A stretch of DNA of 26,794 bases from a virus (taxonomy: Duplodnaviria; Caudoviricetes): the IMG/VR virus record IMGVR_UViG_3300010362_000090, positions 1 through 26,794 of that record; one strand, 5' to 3'. A program made the position numbers and the translations under genes. Positions 1 through 6,772 of the stretch are shown in pieces. Every line of letters begins with the position of its first letter. Position 1 is the stretch's first letter. A model generated the notes under the pieces. That model worked only from the letters and a program-made list of their open reading frames with translations, was not told the DNA's origin and ran no database searches.

Positions 1-2
1 CC

Positions 3-1892
3 GGCCGGTTGAGCGCGTTCGGCATGACCTTGCACGTCCGCCGGGCCGGCGAGACCGGTGACGCGTCGACTGTGTCCGACCCACGCCATACCGCGAGCGA
101 TTTCGACCGGCTGGCCGACGCGGTCGGAACCATCCCGAACGAGGTCATCGCCTCGCGCGGCGAGTGGGTTGCCATCATGCACGCGATCAAGGGCGCATGC
201 GCCGGAGACGAGGCGTTCTTTGAGCGTGTCGTCATGCCATGGTGCCTACGCTGGAAAGGCGCGGCCCCGAACGACGTCGCGGCGGAAGCGCGCCGGGTTT
301 GGGATAGTATCCGCGAGGTCCGGTTCGGCGCCGACCGGCTGGAGGCGATTGCACGCGGCTATGGCTACCAAGGGGTCCCGCTGCGGAACGACCTCATAGC
401 CTTTCCCGTGTCCGGTCAGGAGGGGGACAAAACGGCACCAACGGCCCCGGTGTCCCGACAGGAGGGGGACAGCGACGATTGGCTGGACCCTCCCAAGCCG
501 GGAGCCGGAGGCGACCCTCCGAGCGAAGCGAGGTCGGACCTGTCGCTCCCCGGCATGGACGACCGGGCGACCGACGACGGCGCTATCGCGCGGGACTTTT
601 GCCGGACGCGACTGTCGCGGAATTTTCTCTATGACCCGTTTTTAGGACGGGCCGGATTGTGGCGCTACTATGAGGGCGGCCTGTGGCATGCGGTCGGGAC
701 CGCTGGCGCCGACCAGCTCCGGGACGTTCTGTCGGTTTGGGTAAGCGAGCAATACGGGAGTAAACTGGTCATCCGGTGCGACCTCATAGAGAAACACTTG
801 AGGGCCAAGCGCCGGACCAGTCCGGCGGCGTTCGACGGCGACCGCACCGTGATCGTTCGACCGGACGGCGTCACGGTCAAGGGCGCGGAGGCGCGCCACT
901 CGCCGGACCATATGGCGACAAGGATGACCCCCATGAAGCTCGGGAACCCGGACAACACGCGGATATTCGACCATTGGCTGGACGGCTGGTCGGACGGCAG
1001 TCCCGAGCTGGCCCGTACCATGGAGGAGCTGTTGGCGCGCGGGTTCGCGCCGGAGCCTCAAGGTCAATACCTGTTCAATCTCACGGGCCGGACGAACAAC
1101 GGCAAGTCGCTTTATTGCGAGCTGGCGCGGACGGTCTACGGCCGGGCGGAACAGGGCGGCTTGTGTGCCGACGCAGCTCCCGAGACATTCGCGGTCGGTA
1201 AAATCCACGGTTCGCAACACAGGACCGACCTCGTCGCGCTGGCCGGGGCGCGTCTGGTTTTGACCGTAGAACCGGACACGTCGACACTGGACGGCGAGCT
1301 GTTGAAACGCATGTCCGGCGGTGACCCGGTCGTCATGCGGCTGGCGCACAGTGACAAGGTCCTGTCGGTCCGCATGGGGACACTGGTCATTGTGAGCAAC
1401 CATCCTCTCCGGTTCCGCAAGCTGGACCCGGCCATGGAGCGGCGGTTGTTTGTCGTCCCGTTCAACCGGACCTTTGCCCCGGACGAGACTGTTCACGGTC
1501 GCATGGAACGGGAATTTCGCGACCATGGTCCCGACATACTCGCGAGACTTTTGCGCGTAGCGCAACAATCGCGAGGCTCGGTTTTCCAACCGGCGAGCGT
1601 CCGCACCGCCACCCAAAACATGCTGGACGCAATCGACCAGCGACGCGCGGTTTGCCGGGACGCGTTCGTTGCCGGCGGGGTCGACCGGTTAACCTTTGGT
1701 CAAATCGCCGACGCCTACAAGGCAAGCGCCGACCAGCTCGGGGTTGAGCTGGACTTCATGACCGACGAAACGCTGGTCCGCGACATAGCCGATACGCTCA
1801 TTGCCATGGGCGCCCGACAGGACCGCTGGCGCGACGGCAAGGACCGGGTCCGGGGTTGGGTCGGTTTGCGCGTGCGGGATTGGCTTGACTAA
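3..1892 (+). CDS. Primase-helicase, P4/D5 type (PriCT-2 domain + SF3 helicase); 5' end lies outside the window
   Basis: The frame is open from the window edge. It has a PriCT-2-like 'RGEWVAIMHAIKG...W' segment, Walker A 'GRTNNGKS', 'LAGARLV..VEP', 'LLKRMSGGDPV..R' and 'DPAMERRLFVVPF', all typical of D5/P4 helicases. Confidence 0.9.
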   Translation, partial: GRLSAFGMTLHVRRAGETGDASTVSDPRHTASDFDRLADAVGTIPNEVIASRGEWVAIMHAIKGACAGDEAFFERVVMPWCLRWKGAAPNDVAAEARRVWDSIREVRFGADRLEAIARGYGYQGVPLRNDLIAFPVSGQEGDKTAPTAPVSRQEGDSDDWLDPPKPGAGGDPPSEARSDLSLPGMDDRATDDGAIARDFCRTRLSRNFLYDPFLGRAGLWRYYEGGLWHAVGTAGADQLRDVLSVWVSEQYGSKLVIRCDLIEKHLRAKRRTSPAAFDGDRTVIVRPDGVTVKGAEARHSPDHMATRMTPMKLGNPDNTRIFDHWLDGWSDGSPELARTMEELLARGFAPEPQGQYLFNLTGRTNNGKSLYCELARTVYGRAEQGGLCADAAPETFAVGKIHGSQHRTDLVALAGARLVLTVEPDTSTLDGELLKRMSGGDPVVMRLAHSDKVLSVRMGTLVIVSNHPLRFRKLDPAMERRLFVVPFNRTFAPDETVHGRMEREFRDHGPDILARLLRVAQQSRGSVFQPASVRTATQNMLDAIDQRRAVCRDAFVAGGVDRLTFGQIADAYKASADQLGVELDFMTDETLVRDIADTLIAMGARQDRWRDGKDRVRGWVGLRVRDWLD

Positions 1893-1913
1893 TTAACTCG
1901 ACACGACTACATG
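1885..1913 (+). promoter_or_regulatory. Putative sigma70 promoter for the small-gene operon
   Basis: TTGACT, a 17 bp spacer, then TACATG, followed by a hairpin (1921-1939) and an AAAGGA RBS before GTG 1954. Confidence 0.45.
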
Positions 1914-1953
1914 ACTGGACAGTGGTACAAACGACCACTCGGAAAGGATAGTC

Positions 1954-2169
1954 GTGTTCGCTGCGTATTTGAAGGACCTTCGCGCCTTGGTCTACTCGGA
2001 AAAGGCGCTGGACAAGGAAACACTGGTCGCCTTGCTGGACATTGCGGAAGGCGGCTGGAGCCTCATGAATGCCGGTAACGACCGGATGGCAGGCAACGCC
2101 AGAGGCGAAATCCAAGCCGGGTTTCGTTCACTGGACAAAACCAAGAAAGCGGAAAGGGCAAAGCTATGA
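1954..2169 (+). CDS. Hypothetical protein, 71 aa
   Basis: RBS AAAGGA precedes it, and its stop overlaps the next start (ATGA). Confidence 0.7.
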   Translation: MFAAYLKDLRALVYSEKALDKETLVALLDIAEGGWSLMNAGNDRMAGNARGEIQAGFRSLDKTKKAERAKL

Positions 2170-2429
2170 GCGTGCGAAAAATGGACCCGCGTAAAATCAT
2201 GGAGCTGGCCGGGACCGCGTGTTTCGGCCGGCGCTGGAAAGCCGAATTGGCCGACACGCTCGGGGTCGGGATGCGGTTCATGAACCGCGCCATGCAGGAG
2301 GACACGCCGCAAGCGGTCATCAAAGAGGAGCACCGGCTAGGCTGTCTGGAAATCATCGACAAGCGGATTGCGCTGCTGGTCAAGGTCAAGGAACGGATTG
2401 AGGCGCAACCGGCTATTGAGGCCGACTAG
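2166..2429 (+). CDS. Small HTH-like (Cro-type) DNA-binding protein
   Basis: 'FGRRWKAELADTLGVGMRFMNRAM' fits a helix-turn-helix pattern, and the gene is translationally coupled to the previous ORF. Confidence 0.6.
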   Translation: MSVRKMDPRKIMELAGTACFGRRWKAELADTLGVGMRFMNRAMQEDTPQAVIKEEHRLGCLEIIDKRIALLVKVKERIEAQPAIEAD

Positions 2430-2431
2430 CC

Positions 2432-2752
2432 ATGAAGGATACTTTTCTGGACATTCGCGGCCCCGGCGGCCGGGTCAAGGTCAAGGTGGACGGTTATGTC
2501 GAGGCGGTCCCCTTGGGCAAGCTGTCGACGGAGGCATGGCAAGCGACGATTGACGGCGGGTTCGTCCAGTGCGTCCGGGTCAAGCTCAACGGCAAGTCCT
2601 GTCAGATATGGTTTGACGAGGACGGCCTTATGAAGGGGTTGCCGACCAACCATCGGGCGACCAGCATCCTCCGGGGCAAGCTGCACATGGACCCCGGCCG
2701 GGGACTGGTCGGCCCCGTGGTCATCGCTTGGGGCAAGGGCAAAGTTACCTGA
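2432..2752 (+). CDS. DUF3846-like protein
   Basis: 'IDGGFVQ...DEDGLMKGLPTNHRAT...LVGPVVI' matches the family pattern as I recall it. Confidence 0.7.
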   Translation: MKDTFLDIRGPGGRVKVKVDGYVEAVPLGKLSTEAWQATIDGGFVQCVRVKLNGKSCQIWFDEDGLMKGLPTNHRATSILRGKLHMDPGRGLVGPVVIAWGKGKVT

Positions 2753-2807
2753 CCCGACGCCCCGGCTGGCCGGGGCACTGGACCGGGGACCCCTAGGGGT
2801 CGGGCGG

Positions 2808-2837
2808 AAAGGCCGGGGCACAGTCCCCGGCCTTTTT
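2808..2837. terminator. Bidirectional intrinsic terminator
   Basis: AAAGGCCGGGG-cacagt-CCCCGGCCTTTTT, lying between convergent gene blocks. Confidence 0.85.
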
Positions 2838-3062
2838 GCTGGACGGGAATAGACCGTAGTGAATTCTTTTTCTAAGGCCGTTTTCCGGGGCGCCTAGGGC
2901 CATCGGTCCGGGACAGTGGTTTGGTCCTCCGGCTTGGTCGGAAGCGGTCAGGCGGGCAAATTTTCCAGCGTTCCGGCGCGCCAAACCTAGTTTCCCGAAT
3001 TCCCGGTTCCAGGGGTCCCGATGCGAATTTGGTCCCGTGCGGGAATGTCCTGTGAGGTCGAC

Positions 3063-3090
3063 AAAAGAAAACCCCGGCACGGGCCGGGGT
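3063..3090 (-). terminator. Intrinsic terminator of cassette A
   Basis: On the minus strand: ACCCCGGC-ccgt-GCCGGGGT-TTTCTTTT. Confidence 0.85.
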
Positions 3091-3163
3091 CGAGTGGTCG
3101 TCAGGGGACGCGGGGTATACCCCTAATAGTCGTCCGGTTCAATTGCCTCCTCCGCGTCATAGC

Positions 3164-3337
3164 TCAGGCATGGGGCAGCCTCCAAACGGTTTTCAGTCGC
3201 AAGCCGCACCAATGTTCCCGCGTGCGGACGAGCTGTCCTTTCCGGGCTAACGCGTCTAGGGCGCGCACGGTCGCGCGATCAAGCTGGCCTATATTCCAAA
3301 CCGGATTGCCAGCTAGGGCATGAGCTACAAAATCCAT
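3164..3337 (-). CDS. Hypothetical protein, 57 aa (MDFVAHALAGNPVWNIGQLDRATV...), not in the ORF track
   Basis: Hand-translated open frame with RBS AAGGACC (a variant of the island RBS block), directly after the 98-aa gene. Confidence 0.7.
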   Translation of the reverse strand: MDFVAHALAGNPVWNIGQLDRATVRALDALARKGQLVRTREHWCGLRLKTVWRLPHA

Positions 3338-3354
3338 GATGACAAGGTCCTTGG

Positions 3355-3651
3355 CTAGTTAAGTGGACGGGAGCCTACAGGCTCCCCGATTGGTCCGCAA
3401 TCCGGGCCAACGGGTGTGAACCCCAAATCGGTCGCGGCCCGGACCACGTCCTCGCGCGTCGGGAACGTCCGCACGTTCAAACCGTAGTGACGCGCGAACC
3501 CCGGCCCGCAATGCCGGGCCGCGTCAAACGCGCGCTCCCGGTTTTCCGGCTTGCCAGTGTAGACGAATGCCAGCTCCTCCGGGACGCGGCCGACAAAGCA
3601 AAAGGTCCCCTTGGGGTTTTTAATCAGGGAAAGCGGCAGCTTGGAAAACAT
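3355..3651 (-). CDS. Hypothetical protein, 98 aa
   Basis: Preceded by the island RBS block CTAGAGGACCTAGACCA-ATG. Confidence 0.85.
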   Translation of the reverse strand: MFSKLPLSLIKNPKGTFCFVGRVPEELAFVYTGKPENRERAFDAARHCGPGFARHYGLNVRTFPTREDVVRAATDLGFTPVGPDCGPIGEPVGSRPLN

Positions 3652-3688
3652 TGGTCTAGGTCCTCTAGGTCCCGCGATAGTGCGGCGC

Positions 3689-3714
3689 TAGCTGACCGGT
3701 TAACCGGTCAGCTA
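3689..3714. repeat. Perfect 26-bp palindrome
   Basis: TAGCTGACCGGTT|AACCGGTCAGCTA, intergenic. Confidence 0.95.
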
Positions 3715-3729
3715 TGGTCGCAAAGCGGA

Positions 3730-3948
3730 TTAGTCGACAAAATGGCGCCGGACCATGGCAACGGCGTAACGGTTACCGGTAATCAAGTCGCGGCGAGCGG
3801 CGTTGAAATTCTGGTCATAAACGAGACCGTCGAAAATTTCGGCCGCATGTTCGTTGTTCGGATAGGTAATCAGAACAGGAACGGACAGTCCCGCGAGCGG
3901 GCCAGTCTCAAAAACCTTGTCATAGGCGATAACGACTTTGCTGGACAT
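3730..3948 (-). CDS. Hypothetical protein, 72 aa
   Basis: Preceded by AGAGGACCTAGACCA-ATG and by promoter A. Confidence 0.85.
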   Translation of the reverse strand: MSSKVVIAYDKVFETGPLAGLSVPVLITYPNNEHAAEIFDGLVYDQNFNAARRDLITGNRYAVAMVRRHFVD

Positions 3949-4001
3949 TGGTCTAGGTCCTCTGAGTTATGGCCCGGATGGCAGTCCCGGCCGACCCCGC
4001 T

Positions 4002-4055
4002 TAAATAGGGGTTCCCGAATGTCCTGTCAATAGGACATGTCTAAAAAAGTGGACG
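4002..4055 (-). promoter_or_regulatory. Cassette promoter A with two tandem 18-bp boxes
   Basis: TTGACA (4025-4030), 17 bp, TATTTA (4002-4007). Boxes at 4020-4037 and 4038-4055. Confidence 0.85.
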
Positions 4056-4203
4056 GGAGCGAAGCGACCTTCCGAGCGAAGCGAGGTCGAGCGTTAAACG
4101 CGTTTGCAGGACCGCAGGAACGCGTCGGCGCGAGCTGGCCCTAGATACCTCGCACGCGGCCGACCGCGTCCTACGGTCCTGTAATGCGTTCCTACGGGGC
4201 AAA

Positions 4204-4236
4204 GAAAAACCCCTTGCCGGAGGCTCGGGGTTTTTC
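4204..4236. terminator. Bidirectional intrinsic terminator after the DUF6011-like gene
   Basis: GAAAAACCCC-N13-GGGGTTTTTC. Confidence 0.7.
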
Positions 4237-4283
4237 GGGGAAGCGGTGCGGGAGCGAAGCGACCCCGCGAAGCTCGGGTTCGA

Positions 4284-5159
4284 CTAAAAGCCGAACCGGT
4301 CAGCGCAGATTGGTCCGATGCCGCGAGCGACGCTTTCCGGGTCGGTCAGCTCCCGACCGCAGCATGAGCAAGCGCCGGTCAGCTTGCCGTAGGCGACCGC
4401 GCTCGCGGCCGGGTCAGCGGCTACCTTGATAACGTCGCTCGCACGGTCGCCGCAGTCACGCGACGCATGGAACCGACCGTTCGCGATTTTGCCAAGGTAG
4501 GTTTCACCGGACTTGACGTAGACCGCGCCAGCGTTCGCGGACGTTGCCGACGCGAGGGAAAACACATAGCCGGATAGCCGCAGCTTGGGGAATTTCAGTC
4601 CGTTCCCCTTGGCAGTCTCAAGAGCGGTCAGGACCTTGGCAACGTCCGCGACCGGCGCCGACGCGGCCCGCTCCGAGCTACGCAAGGCGTTCGCTTCCGC
4701 TCGCGCCGCGTCGCGGGCCATGGCGCGTCGGATTGCCGCGAGCTGGTTTTCGGTCCAACCGTTGTACTTATGGCCCGCCTCCAGCATGGCGCGAGCGAAA
4801 TCCCAACGGTCAGCCCGCGCGGCGAGATAGGTCAGCTCTACGGCGTATGTGTCCTGAAAAGCGGTCGCGGCGTTCGCCTTGACGGTCGCCGCGCGTTCAC
4901 GCGCGGCCGACCTTACTTCCGGCGCGGTGCGGAAAGTCTGGTTACCCTTCCCCTTGCATTTGAAGCAAGGACCGCAGTCCCGGCCGGAATAGGAAATGAA
5001 GCGACCCCGGCCCTTGCAGCTAGGGCAACGTTCGATATAGCCGGTCACCGGGACGTTGTCCGGGTTCATGCGCAACGCGTCGCCGGTCAAACCGGTCGGA
5101 CGCGGACGCGCGGTCGTTTCGTCGGGAAGCTCACTCACGGGGAAATCGCCTAACAGCAT
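4284..5159 (-). CDS. Zinc-finger protein: N-terminal DnaJ-like CxxCxGxG pair and C-terminal DUF6011-like domain
   Basis: CPSCKGRG and CFKCKGKG near the N-terminus; C-terminal 'CSCCGRELTDPESVARGIGPIC'; island RBS block upstream. Confidence 0.85.
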   Translation of the reverse strand: MLLGDFPVSELPDETTARPRPTGLTGDALRMNPDNVPVTGYIERCPSCKGRGRFISYSGRDCGPCFKCKGKGNQTFRTAPEVRSAARERAATVKANAATAFQDTYAVELTYLAARADRWDFARAMLEAGHKYNGWTENQLAAIRRAMARDAARAEANALRSSERAASAPVADVAKVLTALETAKGNGLKFPKLRLSGYVFSLASATSANAGAVYVKSGETYLGKIANGRFHASRDCGDRASDVIKVAADPAASAVAYGKLTGACSCCGRELTDPESVARGIGPICADRFGF

Positions 5160-5217
5160 GGTCTAGGTCCTCTAGGGTTCAAAGCCGGCGCGAGTAGCAG
5201 CTCGCGCCTACCCCGCT

Positions 5218-5271
5218 TAAATAAGTCGCCGCGAATGTCCTGTCAAGTGAACATGTCCAAAAAACTAGACC
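5218..5271 (-). promoter_or_regulatory. Cassette promoter B with two tandem boxes
   Basis: TTGACA (5241-5246), 17 bp, TATTTA (5218-5223). Boxes at 5236-5253 and 5254-5271. Confidence 0.85.
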
Positions 5272-5299
5272 GGGCCGCAAAGCGGCCCGGTCCAGTTTT
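5259..5299 (-). terminator. Intrinsic terminator after ardC, overlapping the next cassette's upstream box
   Basis: GACCGGGCCGC-aaa-GCGGCCCGGTC stem with T-runs on both strands. Confidence 0.8.
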
Positions 5300-5354
5300 C
5301 CTAGGGGAGCTGGTTTTCGTATCCAGTCCCCCAGAAATGCGTTCCCTAGGAAAA

Positions 5355-6281
5355 TCACGCGGCAATCGGGAGCGGTGCGGCGTCCTCGTCCTCGTCCCCG
5401 GTGACCGGGGACTGTAGGTTGGACAGGATGTAGTTCGTCGCGGCTTGTGCCTTGCTCGCGACCGTAACGAGGACCTTGGGGTCCGACTTGAGGACCTTTA
5501 ACCAGCTCGCGAGGTACGCGGCATGGTCCGGCCGGGGTTCGTTGCTAATGCCGGTCGCGGCGCAAAGGAACGCGGCCGACAATTCCGCGACCAGCTCCTC
5601 CATAGCGTATGTGTCATCCCCGAATTTGGAACCGAAAGTCCGGTCACAACGGGACTTGGCGCCGGTCCAGTGTGACAGCTCATGCAAGAGCGTCGAATAG
5701 TAGCCGTGAGTGTCGGCGCCGAAACGGAAGTGGTCCGGCATGCCGATAAAGTCAAGGCTGGGGGAGTAGAATGCGCGGGTTCCACCATGGCGAATGTCGG
5801 CGCCGGTCGCGGCGACAACGGCGTCCGCACGGGCATCCGGGGTAATCAAGTCCGCGAGCTGGTCGGCTTTCGCCTTGGGAAGCTCGCCGGACCAACCGTC
5901 GACTTGCGCGGCGTTGAATACGATAAAGCCGCACGGTATCAGCACGGGACGCGCGTTCGCGGGGTCCTTGGCCTTGCGGTCCTTGACTGCGGACCACTTG
6001 ATACCAAAGGTCCCGCGTTCGCTCTTGCGCACCTGCGCGCCTAGGCTCTGCCATTGTTTGTAGGTTGCCCAAACGTGCGAGCCGTAGCCCATGGCGTTCG
6101 CGGCCGACCAGAAAACCAGAATGTTCATTCCCTGATAATTGGCGCCGGTCGCGGCGTTCATGGGGAGGGCGAATGAGGGCGCATCTGCAACGGCGTTTTT
6201 GTGCCATGGCATGCGCCATGCGTCGGTGCCCTTTTCGATTTGGGCGATGATTGTCGCGGTCAGCTTGTGATAGTCGAACAT
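5355..6281 (-). CDS. ardC: ArdC-family antirestriction / ssDNA-binding protein (DUF1738 + zincin-like domain)
   Basis: 'WRMPW', 'Y.GMN...W', 'WATYKQWQSLGAQVRKSE', 'YYSTLLHELSHWTG' (HExxH), 'YAMEELVAEL' and 'HAAYLASWL'. Confidence 0.93.
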   Translation of the reverse strand: MFDYHKLTATIIAQIEKGTDAWRMPWHKNAVADAPSFALPMNAATGANYQGMNILVFWSAANAMGYGSHVWATYKQWQSLGAQVRKSERGTFGIKWSAVKDRKAKDPANARPVLIPCGFIVFNAAQVDGWSGELPKAKADQLADLITPDARADAVVAATGADIRHGGTRAFYSPSLDFIGMPDHFRFGADTHGYYSTLLHELSHWTGAKSRCDRTFGSKFGDDTYAMEELVAELSAAFLCAATGISNEPRPDHAAYLASWLKVLKSDPKVLVTVASKAQAATNYILSNLQSPVTGDEDEDAAPLPIAA

Positions 6282-6355
6282 TGGTCTAGGTCCTTTAGAC
6301 GGTTGCTCCCGAATGGCAGTCCGGGAAAGCGGGCCGACGCGGCCCGGTGACCAAT

Positions 6356-6435
6356 CAAATAAGGACTTCGCGCTGTCCTGTCAACAGGACATGTCCACTT
6401 TTTTAGACATTTCTTGCTGTCCTGTAAAAAGGACA
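6356..6435 (-). promoter_or_regulatory. Cassette promoter C with three TGTC-N10-GACA boxes
   Basis: TTGACA (6379-6384), 17 bp, TATTTG. Perfect boxes at 6374-6391, 6392-6409 and 6418-6435. A divergent TTGACA lies at 6439-6444. Confidence 0.85.
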
Positions 6436-6490
6436 ATGTTGACAAGGGGTTAGATTGTCGGTCAGCTCGGGAAATTGACGGTTGTCCCGT

Positions 6491-6761
6491 TGGCCCGGAT
6501 ATGGTCGCGTTGGCCCGGATGGCGCAAATCGCAAAATGCGACCTTATAAATCAAGGACTTAGCCTTGTTTTGGCCCGGATGATTAGGGGTATATGCATAA
6601 CGTGCACGAATGCAGGCTATCTGCGCTGCCATGTGGACCCCGCGCGTCGCGCGAGACGCATGTTAGGCTGGTCATCCGGGCCAACCCCTAGTTAAGTCCT
6701 TGAAAGATAAGCGCTATTCGCGTTTGTTCACGTTTTGACTGGATCCGGGCCATCCGGGCCA
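6491..6761. repeat. Mirror-symmetric iteron array with IHF-like sites (candidate replication origin)
   Basis: TGGCCCGGAT at 6491, 6511 and 6571, inverted at 6674, 6743 and 6752. AATCAAGGACTTA at 6549-6561 with an inverted near-copy at 6693-6705. Confidence 0.75.
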
Positions 6762-6772
6762 AGGGGAAAACC

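Noticed and set aside
3487-4008. 173-aa plus-strand ORF with a repeated HWSRSS
   Set aside because: It is the antisense shadow of two minus-strand genes; the peptide repeat is the RBS block read backwards.
3652-6300. Repeated TGGTCTAGGTCCT as a CRISPR array or integron attC sites
   Set aside because: Spacing is gene-sized and irregular, and the repeat is the RBS region. There are no cas or integrase genes in the window and no attC RYYYAAC/GTTRRRY structure.
4020-6435. Boxes as LexA/SOS sites
   Set aside because: They fit neither CTGT-N8-ACAG nor the alphaproteobacterial GTTC-N7-GTTC consensus consistently.
6581-6673. Protelomerase (telRL) site at the centre of the symmetric element
   Set aside because: The core is not a continuous palindrome, and no protelomerase gene is visible.
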